Assembly (NCBI GenBank): GCA_963850315.1
Contig: CAWKKN010000006.1
Location: forward strand, 264,644 to 328,643
Source: an uncultured Actinomycetes bacterium
Lineage (GTDB): Bacteria > Actinomycetota > UBA4738 > HRBIN12
DNA: 64,000 nt
Direction of reading: 5' to 3'
In this document: positions 39,843 to 49,927 of the stretch, piece after piece
Numbering within the stretch: the stretch's first letter is position 1
How the letters are laid out: every line of letters begins with the position of its first letter
Translations under genes and position numbers: made by a program
The notes under the pieces: generated by a model
The model's database searches: none
Seen by the model: only the letters and a program-made list of their open reading frames with translations
Told to the model about the DNA's origin: nothing

Positions 39843-40496
39843 TCAGGCTTGCGTGAGCGCCGAGAAGCCGCGCTGAAGTACCGTCAGGGCTCCCAGGGTG
39901 GCCAGCAGGACCAGCACGACGGGCATCGTGCCGGGGATCAACAGCCCGACCAAGAGGGCGAGGAACCGTTCCAGCCGCTGGAACAAGCCCTCCGTGAGCT
40001 TCACGCCGACCGCCTCGGCCTCGGCACGGATGTGACTCACCGACAGGCTCACGATGAGCGTGACGAGGGCCAGCGCCGCCTCCCAGGTCTCCCCGCGCGC
40101 GGCGAGCACCCAGAACAGGCACGAGAACAGGATCATGTCGGAGATGCGGTCCACCACCGAGTCCATGAAGGCTCCCGAACGCTTCGCCTCACCCCGTTGT
40201 CTGGCCACGGAGCCGTCGAAGACGTCGCACAGACCCGCCGCGAGCAACACGAAGCCGGCGACGAACCAGTTGCCGGCCAGGATCTGCCAGCCGCACACCA
40301 CGGTCAGGGCGAGCGAGAGGAGCGTGAGCTGCCACGGAAGGATCCGGGTCCAGATCAAGAAGGCGAGGATCGCCCGGTAGGGCCAGGCGAGCGTCCGCTG
40401 CGCGGCGCCGCCCGCCGCGCTCTCGTTCTTGCGAGGAGCCGGCAGGTCCCGCACACGCGGGGCTTCGCGCTCCCGCCCACTCCGAGAGGTGACCAC
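39843..40496 (-). CDS. CDP-alcohol phosphatidyltransferase
   Basis: Signature DVFDGSVARQRGEAKRSGAFMDSVVDRISD (D-x2-DG-x2-AR...G-x3-D-x3-D). Multi-TM. GTG 40496 lies 9 nt after the greA stop. Confidence 0.85.
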   Translation of the reverse strand: MVTSRSGREREAPRVRDLPAPRKNESAAGGAAQRTLAWPYRAILAFLIWTRILPWQLTLLSLALTVVCGWQILAGNWFVAGFVLLAAGLCDVFDGSVARQRGEAKRSGAFMDSVVDRISDMILFSCLFWVLAARGETWEAALALVTLIVSLSVSHIRAEAEAVGVKLTEGLFQRLERFLALLVGLLIPGTMPVVLVLLATLGALTVLQRGFSALTQA

Positions 40497-40505
40497 AGGT
40501 CCCTT

Positions 40506-41063
40506 CTAGCCCTCGTGCGGCACGAACCCCACCACGACGTAACGGAAGCTGCCGGCAGGCGCCTGGTACAGGATCTCCTCGCCCTCGGCGGCGCCGATGA
40601 GCGCCGCCCCCAGGGGTGACGTCGTCGTGACCGTCCTGGCTCCCGCGGCTCGCTCCTCTGCGTGCTCGGCGAGCAGGTAGGTCTCATCGTCGGGATCGTC
40701 TTCATCGAGCGGTCGCACGGTCACGAGCATGCCGGGCCCGACGGCGTCGGCATCCACGGGCGTCTCGACGATCTTGGGGTCGCGGAGCATGTGCTGGAGC
40801 TTGCGGATCTTCGACTCCATGAGCCCCTGCTCGTCCTTGGCCGCGTGGTACTCGGCGTTCTCGCTTAGGTCGCCGAGCTCGCGGGCGGCCCGGATCTTCT
40901 CTGTGATCTGCTCGCGTCCGGTGGTGGTGAGCACTTCCAGGTCCGCCTTCACGCGGAGGTAGGCATCGAGGGTGAGCGTGGCCGTCGGCTCCTGGCCCGG
41001 CTTTCGGGGCGGCCGGTTCCGGAGCTCCTCGGGGAGGTCGGCCATCCCGGGCAGTCTAACCAA
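40506..41063 (-). CDS. greA: transcription elongation factor GreA
   Basis: Coiled-coil with ELGDLSENAEYHAAKDEQGLMESKIRKLQ and the C-terminal domain SPLGAALIGAAEGEE. An alternative Met start is at 41045. Confidence 0.9.
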   Translation of the reverse strand: MVRLPGMADLPEELRNRPPRKPGQEPTATLTLDAYLRVKADLEVLTTTGREQITEKIRAARELGDLSENAEYHAAKDEQGLMESKIRKLQHMLRDPKIVETPVDADAVGPGMLVTVRPLDEDDPDDETYLLAEHAEERAAGARTVTTTSPLGAALIGAAEGEEILYQAPAGSFRYVVVGFVPHEG

Positions 41064-41104
41064 GGGCGGGCGCCGCGCTTCCCTCAGGCGATAGCATCGC
41101 CACG

Positions 41105-41876
41105 ATGGACGTCGCCGTGCTCGTCAAGTTCGTGCCTGCGCCCCAGGGCACCCCGGAGCTCGGCCCCGATCATCTCCTCGTGCGTGAGGGCGCCGACGGC
41201 GCGACTCGATCCCGGCGACGAATACGGGATGGAGGCGGCGCTGCAGCTGGTAGAGCGCGAGGGCGGCGAGGTGACGGCCGTCTCGATGGGACCCGACGCG
41301 GCCGTGGCGGCCGTACAACGGGCCCTCGCGATGGGCGCCCACCGCGGCGTCCTCGTGAGCGACGATGCGCTGCGCGGAGCCGACGCGCTCGCCACCGCGA
41401 AGGTCCTCGCCGCCGCACTGAGGCGGGGGTCGTTCGACCTCGTGATCGGCGGCGTGGAGTCGACCGACGGCTACACGGGCACGGTGCCGGCCACCGTCGC
41501 GGAGTTGCTGGGGCTCCCCAGCGCCACGTTCGCGCGGACGCTCGACGTCGCCGGGCGACACCGTGCGGATCGAGCGCCAGACCGAGACCGGCTACGACGT
41601 CGTGGAGGGATCCCCTGCCGCATGCTCGTCACGGTGACCGCGGGCGCCACCGACCCGCGCTATCCCTCGTTGAAGGGCGTGATGCAGGCCAAACAGAAGC
41701 CGCTGGAGCGTCTGACCCTCTCCGACCTTCGACTGTCGGCCGACGACGTCGCGCCCAGCCAGTCCGTCGTCGAGGTGACGGACGCGCCCGCGAAGGCGGC
41801 AGGCGAGGTCATCACCGCCGACGACGACGCCGCCGCGCGCATCGCGGATCTGCTCGCCGAGGCGAAGGTGATCTAG
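41105..41876 (+). pseudogene. etfB: electron transfer flavoprotein beta subunit (frameshifted)
   Basis: MDVAVLVKFVPAPQG (ORF 41105..41893), then LDPGDEYGMEAALQLVE...VSMGP...LVIGGVESTDGYTGTVPATVAELLGLP...SLKGVMQAKQKP (ORF 41184..41876). Confidence 0.85.
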
Positions 41877-41889
41877 TGGGCGCGAGGAC

Positions 41890-42865
41890 GTGAGCAAGGT
41901 CTGGGTGTACGCGGAGGTCGGGGCCGCCGGACCGACCGCCGCCACTCTGGAGCTGCTCACGAAGGCGCGCGCGCTGGGCGACACGGTGCGAGGCCGTCGG
42001 CGCTCGGCCCCGGCGCAACCGACGCGGCCCCGCCCTCGCCGGGTTCGGGGCCACCACCGTGTTCGCGGACGACGACGCGGCGTTCGCCGACTCGCTCGGA
42101 CGGCTCAGCCGCGCACGCGATCGCGGGGCTCGTCGCCGAGCACGCGCCCACAGATGATCCTGTTCTCCACGTCCTACGACGCCCGCGACGTGGCGGCCCG
42201 GCTGCAGGCCCTGCACGGGCTCCACGCTCATGAGCAACGCCACCGACGTGCGGCGCTCGACCGCGCCCGGACCGAGATCCTGGGCGGCACGACGATCGTC
42301 GACGTCGAGCTTGCGGGGGCCCGACCCCGCGCTGGTGCTCGTGCGCCCGCGGATCGCTGCCGGCCGAGGCCGCCGGCGAACGGCGGCGCTCGCGCGGTCG
42401 TGCCGGTGCGCGCGGGATGCGCCGCAGGACCTGCGGACGGTGCGCGCGCGTCGAGCGGCACGACGAGGCCGCCGAGGGCCCGGGCCTGGACGGACGCGAA
42501 GGTCGTCGTCGCGGGCGGCCGTGGGCTGGGCGGGCCCGAGCACTTCGCGATGCTGGACGAGCTCGCCGCCGCGCTGGGGGCCGCGGTGGGCGCGAGCCGC
42601 GCCGCGGTGGACGCGGGTTGGGTCCCGTACCGCTATCAGATCGGGCAGACCGGCAAGACGGTCAAGCCCGAGGTCTACCTGGCCGTCGGCATCAGCGGCG
42701 CCACGCAGCACGTCGTGGGGATGAAGGGTGCGAAGCGCATCGTCGCCATCAACAAGGACGCCGACGCCCCGATCTTCCGGACTGGCGGACCTCGGCGTGG
42801 TGGGCGACCTCTTCCAGGTGGTGCCCGCCCTCACGGAGGAGCTGCAGCGACGCAAGGGCTCCTGA
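41890..42865 (+). pseudogene. etfA: electron transfer flavoprotein alpha subunit (frameshifted)
   Basis: [30 protein letters not shown] at the 5' end. [92 protein letters not shown] further on. Stop TGA 42863-42865 is in a third frame. Confidence 0.85.
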
Positions 42866-44867
42866 GCGCGCTCGCGCTGGCGGCCGCCGTGGCGCTCGCG
42901 GTGGCCGTGTTCGTGCGCCGGGCGCGGCCGCGGCTCGGGCATCCTGCGGCGGAGCGTCCCTCGGGGCGCACCGACCACGCCGGGCGCGCGGGCGCGTCGG
43001 GAGCTGACCCAGGTCCTGGGCCAGCGCAAGCTCTTCCAGAAGGCGGTGCCCGGGCCTGATGCACGCGTTCATCTTCTGGGGCTTCCTCGTGCTGCTGCCG
43101 ACGATCGTCGAGGCGTCGATCGCGATCGTCGGCCGGACCGCGTCGTGCTGCCGCTGATCGGCGACGCGGGTGGTTCGCGCTCGTCGCCGACGTGTTCGCG
43201 ACGCTCGTGGTGGTGGGCGTGGCGATCGCGTTCTGGATCCGCAAGGTGCAGCGGCCCGATCGGTTCCGAGGCAGCCACATGGGCGAGGCCGACCGGATCC
43301 TGCTGACGATCCTGGCGATCGTCGCCTCGCTGCTGCTGTGGAACGCGTCCCGGATCGCCATCGGCACGAACGCATGGCCGCCCGGCGTGGAGCCCGGTCG
43401 CGAACGCGTTCGCGGGGATCTTCCGCGCGATGCCCGCAGGGCGCGGCCGAGGCAGCAGAGCGCGCCCTTGCCTGGACGCACCTCCTTCTGGTGCTGGGCT
43501 TCCTCGTGTTCCTGCCGAAGTCCAAGCACCTGCACATCCTCACCGCCGCGCCGAACGTCTACCTCGCGAAGAACGGGCCGGGCGGACGGCTCGAGCCGCT
43601 GCGCATCGATCTGGAGGCGCCGCAGGACGGACATTCGGTTCGGCGCCGCCGTCGCCACGGACCTCGTCGCGCAAACAGGTGCTCGACCTGTTCTCGTGCA
43701 CCGAGTGCGGCCGCTGCCAGGAGGTATGTCCCGCATGGAGCACGGGCAAGCCGCTTGTCGCCGAAGCTGCTGATCATGGGTCTGCGCGACCACGTGACCG
43801 CGGAGTGCCGGCGCGATCCTCGCCGCGGGCGGCGGCGCCGGGCGTGGTCGAACTGCAGCCGCTGGTGCCGGCCGCGGTCACGCGACGAGGTCGTGTGGGA
43901 CTGCGTGACGTGCGGGGCCTGCGTCCGGGAGTGCCCCGTGGACATCGAGCACGTCGACACGATCGTCGACCTGCGGCGCAACCTCGTGATGGCCGAGTCG
44001 CGCTTCCCGGCCGAGGCCGGGTCGGCTCCTGCGCAACCTCGAGACACGGGACGAACCCGTGGGGCGAGCCGCAGTCGGCGCGCGCCGGACTGGGCCGAGG
44101 GGATCGACGGGGTACGGGTGCTGGCCGAGGGCGAGACGCCGCCCGAGTACCTCTATTGGGTCGGGTGCGCGGGCGCGTTCGACGATCGCGCCCGCGCCAC
44201 CGCGCGCTCGGTCGCGCAGCTGCTTGGACGCCGCCGGGCCTCGACTTCGCGATCCTGGGTCCGCGCGAGCTGTGCACCGGCGACCCCGCGCGGCGGATGG
44301 GGCACGAGTACCTGTTCCAGATGCTCGCGGAGCAGAACGTGGCAACGCTCAAGGGCGCGGGGATCACGAAGATCGTCGCGAGCTGCGCGCACTGCTTCAA
44401 CACGCTCGCGAACGAGTACCCCGACTACGGCGGGACGCTTCGAGGTGATCCATCACACGGAGCTGCTGGCCTACCTGGTGTCGAAGGGTGCGCTGGCCGC
44501 CGGCCGAAGGGTCCGTGACGCTGCACGATCCGTGCTACCTCGGGCGCCACAACGGCGTCTACGAGCGCGCCGCGCGCGCTGCTCGGCGGCGACCTCACCG
44601 AGATGCCGCGGTCGAAGGAGCGCTCGTTCTGCTGCGGGGCGGGCGGGGCGCGCATGTGGATGGAGGAGGACGACGGGCACCCGCATCAACGCCGCACGGA
44701 TCGAGGAGGCCGCCGGCACCGGCGCCGACACCGTCGCGGTCGCCTGCCCCTACTGCCTCGTCATGCTCGACGACGGCGCGAAGGAGACCGGCACGCGACC
44801 TGCGGGTCGCCGACGTCGCGACACTGATGGCCGAGGCCAACGGCCTCCGGGGCGGTGCGAGACCTAG
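42866..44867 (+). pseudogene. membrane-anchored (Fe-S)-binding oxidoreductase, 2x[4Fe-4S] + 2 CCG domains, HdrD/GlpC-like (frameshifted)
   Basis: N-terminal TM helices (MHAFIFWGFLVLLPTIVE; FATLVVVGVAIAFWIRK). Ferredoxin motifs CTECGRCQEVCP and CVTCGACVRECP. CCG motifs [24 protein letters not shown] and [12 protein letters not shown]. These are read across at least 4 frames. The start is approximate. Confidence 0.75.
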
Positions 44868-46039
44868 CGTGAACGCGCGGATTCCCGTGAGGGCCTCGCC
44901 GACGACCAACGTGTGGATCTCCTCGGTGCCCTCGTAGGTGAGGACGGACTCGAGGTTCGTCATGTGGCGCATGATCGGGTACTCCAAGCGTGATGCCGTT
45001 CGCGCCCAGGATCGACCGGGACAGTCCGTGCGATCGCGAGCGCCTCGCGGGTGTTGTTGAGCTTGCCGAAGCTGACGAGCTCGGGTCGCAGGCGCCCATC
45101 GTCCTTCATGCGGCCGAGGTGGAGCGCGAGCAAGCGTCCCCTTGTTGAGCTCCAGGGCCATGTCCGCCAGCTTCTTCTGGGTCAGCTGGAAGCCCGCGAT
45201 CGGGCGGTCGAACTGCTGCGCGCGTGCCGGCGTAGCCGAGCGCCGTGGCGAAGCACGCCCGCGCCGCACCCATCACGCCCCACACGATCCCGTAGCGCGC
45301 CTCGTTCAGGCACGACAGCGGACCCTTGAGCCCCGCCGCTCCGGGAAGCATCGCCGAGACGGGCAGGCGCACGTCGTCCAGCACCAGCTCGGAGGTGACC
45401 GAGGCCCGCAGCGACATCTTGCGGTGGACGTCGTTGGCGCTGAACCCCGTCGCGTCGGCGGGGATCGAGGAATCCGCGGATGCCGTCGTCGGTATGCGCC
45501 CACACGACGCTCACGTCGGCGACGCTGCCGTTCGTGATCCACATCTTCGTGCCGGACACGATCCAGTCGTCGCCGTCACGCCGCGCCGAGGTCCGCATCC
45601 GACCCGGATCGCTCCCCGCATCGGGCTCCGACAGGCCGAAGCACCCGATCGCCTCCCCCGCGGCCATCCGGGGAAGCCATTCGTCCTTCTGCTCGTCCGA
45701 GCCGTAGGTCAAGATCGCGAACATCGCCAGGGATCCCTGCACGGACACGAGGCTCCGCAACCCGCTGTCTCCCGCCTCGAGCTCGAGGGCCGCGAGGCCG
45801 TAGGAGACGGCGTTCGCACCGATGCATCCGTAGCCGTGCAGATGCATCCCGAGGAAGCCGAGCGCGCCCAGCTCCTTGGCGATCTCGCGCGCCGGCACCT
45901 CGCCCGTCTCGTACCAGTCCTCGATCTCGGGCAAGACGCGGCCGACGACCCACTCGCGCGCGGCGTCGCGGATCCCGCGCTCCTCCTCGGAGAGCAGGGC
46001 GTTGAGATCGAGCGGGTCGAGCGGGTCCACGCTCGTCAT
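44864..46039 (-). pseudogene. acyl-CoA dehydrogenase, glutaryl-CoA dehydrogenase-like (frameshifted)
   Basis: Met 22 of ORF 45182..46102 (ATG 46039, 1 nt after the upstream TAA). GCFGLSEPDAGSDP, WITNGSVADV, FDRPIAGFQLTQKKLADM, YEGTEEIHTLVVGEALTGIRAF, in ORFs 45182..46102, 45106..45417 and 44595..45269. The 3' end is approximate. Confidence 0.8.
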
Positions 46040-46040
46040 G

Positions 46041-47993
46041 TTAGGGGGCCGGGAAGGTGGCGTGGACGGCACGGCCTCCCACCCTTCCCGTGGCGGTGGC
46101 AACCGCCCGCGTCTGCCAGTCGTTCCATGTGAGCATCAGATGGCCGGGGGGCACGCCGGTCCCTCTCAGCGACACGGCCGCCCGGATCGCGCCGCCGTCG
46201 AGGTCCCAGTGGACCATGCCGCTCACCGCCTCGTCACGGACCCATCGGATGCCGTTGAGGCGGAACCGGACGTGCACGAGCCCCACCGTGCCGAATCGGC
46301 CGCCTCGCAGACCGCGCCCGTGATAGCCGTACATGTCCCACCACCGCGCGATGACGTCGGCGACGCTCTCGGCCGCCACCTCGGCGGCCCGGCGCCCCGG
46401 CGGCATCGGACCGAGGCCCGCCGCGGTGACCGCGAATCGACTCACCATCCGGACCTCGTTGTAGCGCTGCGCACAACTCGTGTCTCCGGGAGACAGCGTC
46501 GCCACGAAGTGCACGACGATCGTGGACGCGCAGCGCCCCTGGTCGTAGAGCGCGGCGATATGGTTCATGTTCTTCACGTCGACGAACGTGGAGTTGGGGA
46601 ATTCGGCCGCCACCTGATGCGCGCCCTCGGGGGAAGTGATGGAGTCGAGGTCTCCCGACAGGACGAGCACGGGGATCGAGGGGTAGACCGGGTGTGGCGG
46701 CAGCGGTGGGTTCGGGAACACCGGCCGCGGCCACAGGATGCATGAGTTGTACGGCTGCACGCCGGACAGCGGGGCCGTGAGCCACTGGTGGATCGTGAAC
46801 GGCGCGAATGCCCTCGGGTCCGTGCGCTGTAATGTGCGGATCGCCGCCGCGTACTGGCGCTTCCGGGTGCGGATCGGGGCGTTGCGATCGAACACCAACG
46901 GGATGTCGTTGCAGTTCGTCGCGAGGTAGAGCCCTTCGGAGAACGAGTAGAAGCTGCCGGCCCCGCCGACCGGGAGGTTCTCCGCCGCGAGACGGAGCAG
47001 CGGCGCCGCATCGTGATCCGGACCGAGGTAGGCGCGGATGGCGGGATCGAGCTCTCGGTACACGCCGAGGCTGTTGGAGGCCGCAACGCCGACGAAGGTG
47101 ATGAGAGCCCCGACGTTCACCGTGACGTGGCGAAGCACCCCGTCGGCGTCGTAGGCCGTTCCCACGATGGGATGGCGAGCCAGCACCTTCGCGAGCCGAC
47201 CGATGCGGAGCATGGGCCCGCCGCGGAGGCGGGCACAGTCGGGGGCACGTTCGCAGACGCGGTGGAACGCGTTCCGCAACGCCCGGTTCGTGTCGCGGTA
47301 CCAGGGGTCGGGGCCCGCAACGGGGTACGCGCTGTCCAGCACCAGCGACCTGAGCTCGTCGCCGTGGCGCACGGCGAACACCTGCCCGAAGAAGGTGCCA
47401 TAGGAGTCGCCGTAGAGGTCGATCTTGCCGATGCCGAGCGCGTGCAGGACGTCGGATAGGTCGTCGGCGACGTCTGCCGTCCCGTAGTCCTCGGCCGTGA
47501 CGCCCAGCTGGCGGCCGCAGGCGCCCGCGTTCCGCACGTAGTTCCCTCGGTAGGACTGGAGCGCGGGACAGTTGATCGCTCCGGAGGCGCCGGTCCCACG
47601 ATTGTCCATCAGCAGCAACCGGAACCGGCCCAGAAGGGGGTGGAAGAGCGAGAGGTATTCGTCCCTCGATCGGCGCGTCGAGTAGCCCGGGCCGCCCTGC
47701 ACGGCAACGATCGTGCCAAGCAGCGGGAGCGACCGGTCCCGGCGCGGGTGCATCTCCACATGGATCCCGATCGTGCCGCGGCCCGGATGCGTTCGGTCCA
47801 GCGGGACCCGCATGATGCCGCACCCGGCGTGCGGAACGTGGCGACACGGCCTCAGTCGTAGCGTCGGCTGCGAGGCTTGCGGGGAGGTTGGCGATGTGGA
47901 GGCGACCGATGCGATCGGCTCGAGGATCAGGGCCGCAACGACCAACGCAACGACGAGCCCCGCCGAGCGCCCGATCCGTTCCCGCACGTTCAC
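46041..47993 (-). CDS. secreted alpha/beta hydrolase, peptidase S33 / TAP-like, tandem paralog 1
   Basis: GTG 47993 overlaps the paralog 2 stop (GTGA). It is the last 650 codons of ORF 46041..48860. Signal/anchor GLVVALVVAALIL, GGPGYS, nucleophile elbow YGDSYGTFF, TAP-like C-terminal block LVLSGDLDSITSPEGA, plus an extra ~130-aa C-terminal region. Confidence 0.8.
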   Translation of the reverse strand: MNVRERIGRSAGLVVALVVAALILEPIASVASTSPTSPQASQPTLRLRPCRHVPHAGCGIMRVPLDRTHPGRGTIGIHVEMHPRRDRSLPLLGTIVAVQGGPGYSTRRSRDEYLSLFHPLLGRFRLLLMDNRGTGASGAINCPALQSYRGNYVRNAGACGRQLGVTAEDYGTADVADDLSDVLHALGIGKIDLYGDSYGTFFGQVFAVRHGDELRSLVLDSAYPVAGPDPWYRDTNRALRNAFHRVCERAPDCARLRGGPMLRIGRLAKVLARHPIVGTAYDADGVLRHVTVNVGALITFVGVAASNSLGVYRELDPAIRAYLGPDHDAAPLLRLAAENLPVGGAGSFYSFSEGLYLATNCNDIPLVFDRNAPIRTRKRQYAAAIRTLQRTDPRAFAPFTIHQWLTAPLSGVQPYNSCILWPRPVFPNPPLPPHPVYPSIPVLVLSGDLDSITSPEGAHQVAAEFPNSTFVDVKNMNHIAALYDQGRCASTIVVHFVATLSPGDTSCAQRYNEVRMVSRFAVTAAGLGPMPPGRRAAEVAAESVADVIARWWDMYGYHGRGLRGGRFGTVGLVHVRFRLNGIRWVRDEAVSGMVHWDLDGGAIRAAVSLRGTGVPPGHLMLTWNDWQTRAVATATGRVGGRAVHATFPAP

Positions 47994-49927
47994 GGTGCGA
48001 GCACCTGCAGGCGGAACGAGCTCGAGCCCAGACGACCCACCACGGTGGCCCGCGGGTCCGTTCGCTGGGTGTTCCATCGCATGTCGAGCCTCCAGGGCAA
48101 GACCCCCGAGCCGGAAAGCACGACGACGGCGTGCACGGATCCCAGGCGGGCGCGGAACCGCACCGTGCCGCTCACGGCGACGTCTTGTACCCATCGAACG
48201 TCGTGTAGCGTCCAGCGCCGGCGGTCCAGCCCGGTGGTGGAGAACGTGCCGCCCCGAAGGCCGACCCCGGTGCCTCCCACCATGGCATCCCATCGAGCCA
48301 TGACGTCGGCGACCGTGTCGGCGCCCACGAGGGCGACGCGGCGGTCGGCGGGACCGGGAACATCCACGGCGCGCACCGCGAACGCGTCGACCTGACGCAC
48401 GGGCGGGTACCGCCTCACGCACGACGTGTCGCCTGCGGAGAGCGTCCTCATGAAGCGCACGACGATCGCCGCAGCACACCCCGCCGGATCCCCCGGGTCG
48501 CCCAACGCCGTGACGTGGACCGCGTTGCGTACCTCGACGAACGTCGAGTCCGGGAACCGGGACGCGACCCGCCGGGCGCCCTCGGGTGAGGTGAACGAGT
48601 CCAGGTCGCTGACCAGCACCAGCGTGGGCACGGACGGGTACGTGTGCCCCGGGGGCAGGAGCGGGTGCGGATACGCAGGGACCGGCCAGCGCAGGCAGCT
48701 GTCGTAATCCTCGTCGGGCGACGTGACCCACTGATGCACGGTGAACGGTGCGAACGCCTTCGGGTGGGCCTTGGCGAGCGCGCTTGTCGCCTTCACGTAT
48801 TGCCGGATCCGCGCGCTCGGCGCCGCCGACATGTCGTAGGGCTGCGGGGAATCGGTGCACGTCACAGCGTAGAAGAGGCCATTCGAGTAGTACTTCAAGG
48901 GGCCGCTGCCGCCGAGGACGAGGTTCTCGCGTGCGAGACGCAGTAAGGGCAGATCGTCTGGGCGCGGCGCGAGGGCGGCGCGCGCCGCGGCGTCGAGCTC
49001 TCGGTAGGGATCGAACGCGGTCCCCGCAGCGTCGTAGATCACCATGAGGACGCCCGGCGTAACCGTGACACGGCGCAGAAGGCCGTCCGCATCCGGCGCG
49101 ACCCCGCTGATCGGGTGCTTGGCGACCAGGGCGTCCAGACGCGCGATCCGGTGCACGGGGTCACCGCCCAGCGAGGCGCATCCCGGGTCGCGTCGGCAGA
49201 CCAGCCGATACCCGGAGGCGGCCGCGCGAGACAGATCTCGCCACCAGGGGTCGGCGCCCTCCACCGGGTACGCCCCGTCCAGCACGAGAGCCCGCAGGCG
49301 ACTCGGGTGCCGGATCGCGAAGACCTGCGAGAAGAACGTGCCGTAGGAGTCCCCGTACAGGTCGACCTTCGCGAGGCCCAGCGCGTCCAGAACCGAGGCG
49401 AGGTCGTCGGCAGCGTCGGCCGTGCTGTAGAGGTTCGACGCTGCACCCAGCTGCCTCCCGCACTTGCCGACCGCCCGTTTCCAGCCCTTGTAGGGGTAGC
49501 CGATGTGCTGGAGCGGCTCGCAGTCGAGGTTGGCGGAGGTCCCCGTGCCGCGTAGGTCGACCAGCAGCAGATCGTGGTGGGCCATCATCGGGCGGAACAG
49601 GGGCACGTAGAAGTACCAACTCTGCGTCGTCGGATACCCAGGCCCGCCCTCGATCGCGACGATCGTCTCCCCGGACGGCGCGCTGTGGTCCGTGTGCGGA
49701 TAGCGCCGGTAGCCGATGTGCAGGGTGCCGGGGACGTGGCCCGAGCGGTCGAGCGGGACGGTGACGTGCCCGCACATCGCGCGGTGTCCGGCGCCGCAGG
49801 ATCGCTCCGCCGGCATCGTGCGTGTCGAGGTCGGTCTCGCGCCGGCCGGCGGGCCGAGGGCGGCCGCCACGAGCACCACGGACATCAGCAGCACCACCGA
49901 CCGGACGAGCCGCCGCACCAGCGTCAC
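47990..49927 (-). CDS. secreted alpha/beta hydrolase, peptidase S33 / TAP-like, tandem paralog 2
   Basis: GTG 49927 overlaps the ALDH stop (GTGA). It is the last 645 codons of ORF 47990..50200. Signal VVLLMSVVLVAAALGPPAGA, GGPGYP, YGDSYGTFF, LVLVSDLDSFTSPEGA. It is collinear with paralog 1 along its whole length. Confidence 0.8.
   Translation of the reverse strand: MTLVRRLVRSVVLLMSVVLVAAALGPPAGARPTSTRTMPAERSCGAGHRAMCGHVTVPLDRSGHVPGTLHIGYRRYPHTDHSAPSGETIVAIEGGPGYPTTQSWYFYVPLFRPMMAHHDLLLVDLRGTGTSANLDCEPLQHIGYPYKGWKRAVGKCGRQLGAASNLYSTADAADDLASVLDALGLAKVDLYGDSYGTFFSQVFAIRHPSRLRALVLDGAYPVEGADPWWRDLSRAAASGYRLVCRRDPGCASLGGDPVHRIARLDALVAKHPISGVAPDADGLLRRVTVTPGVLMVIYDAAGTAFDPYRELDAAARAALAPRPDDLPLLRLARENLVLGGSGPLKYYSNGLFYAVTCTDSPQPYDMSAAPSARIRQYVKATSALAKAHPKAFAPFTVHQWVTSPDEDYDSCLRWPVPAYPHPLLPPGHTYPSVPTLVLVSDLDSFTSPEGARRVASRFPDSTFVEVRNAVHVTALGDPGDPAGCAAAIVVRFMRTLSAGDTSCVRRYPPVRQVDAFAVRAVDVPGPADRRVALVGADTVADVMARWDAMVGGTGVGLRGGTFSTTGLDRRRWTLHDVRWVQDVAVSGTVRFRARLGSVHAVVVLSGSGVLPWRLDMRWNTQRTDPRATVVGRLGSSSFRLQVLAP

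Noticed and set aside
46041-48860. 939-aa ORF suggesting a giant hydrolase
   Set aside because: The real protein starts at GTG 47993 with a signal peptide. The upstream 289 codons are an alternative frame over the C-terminal part of paralog 2.
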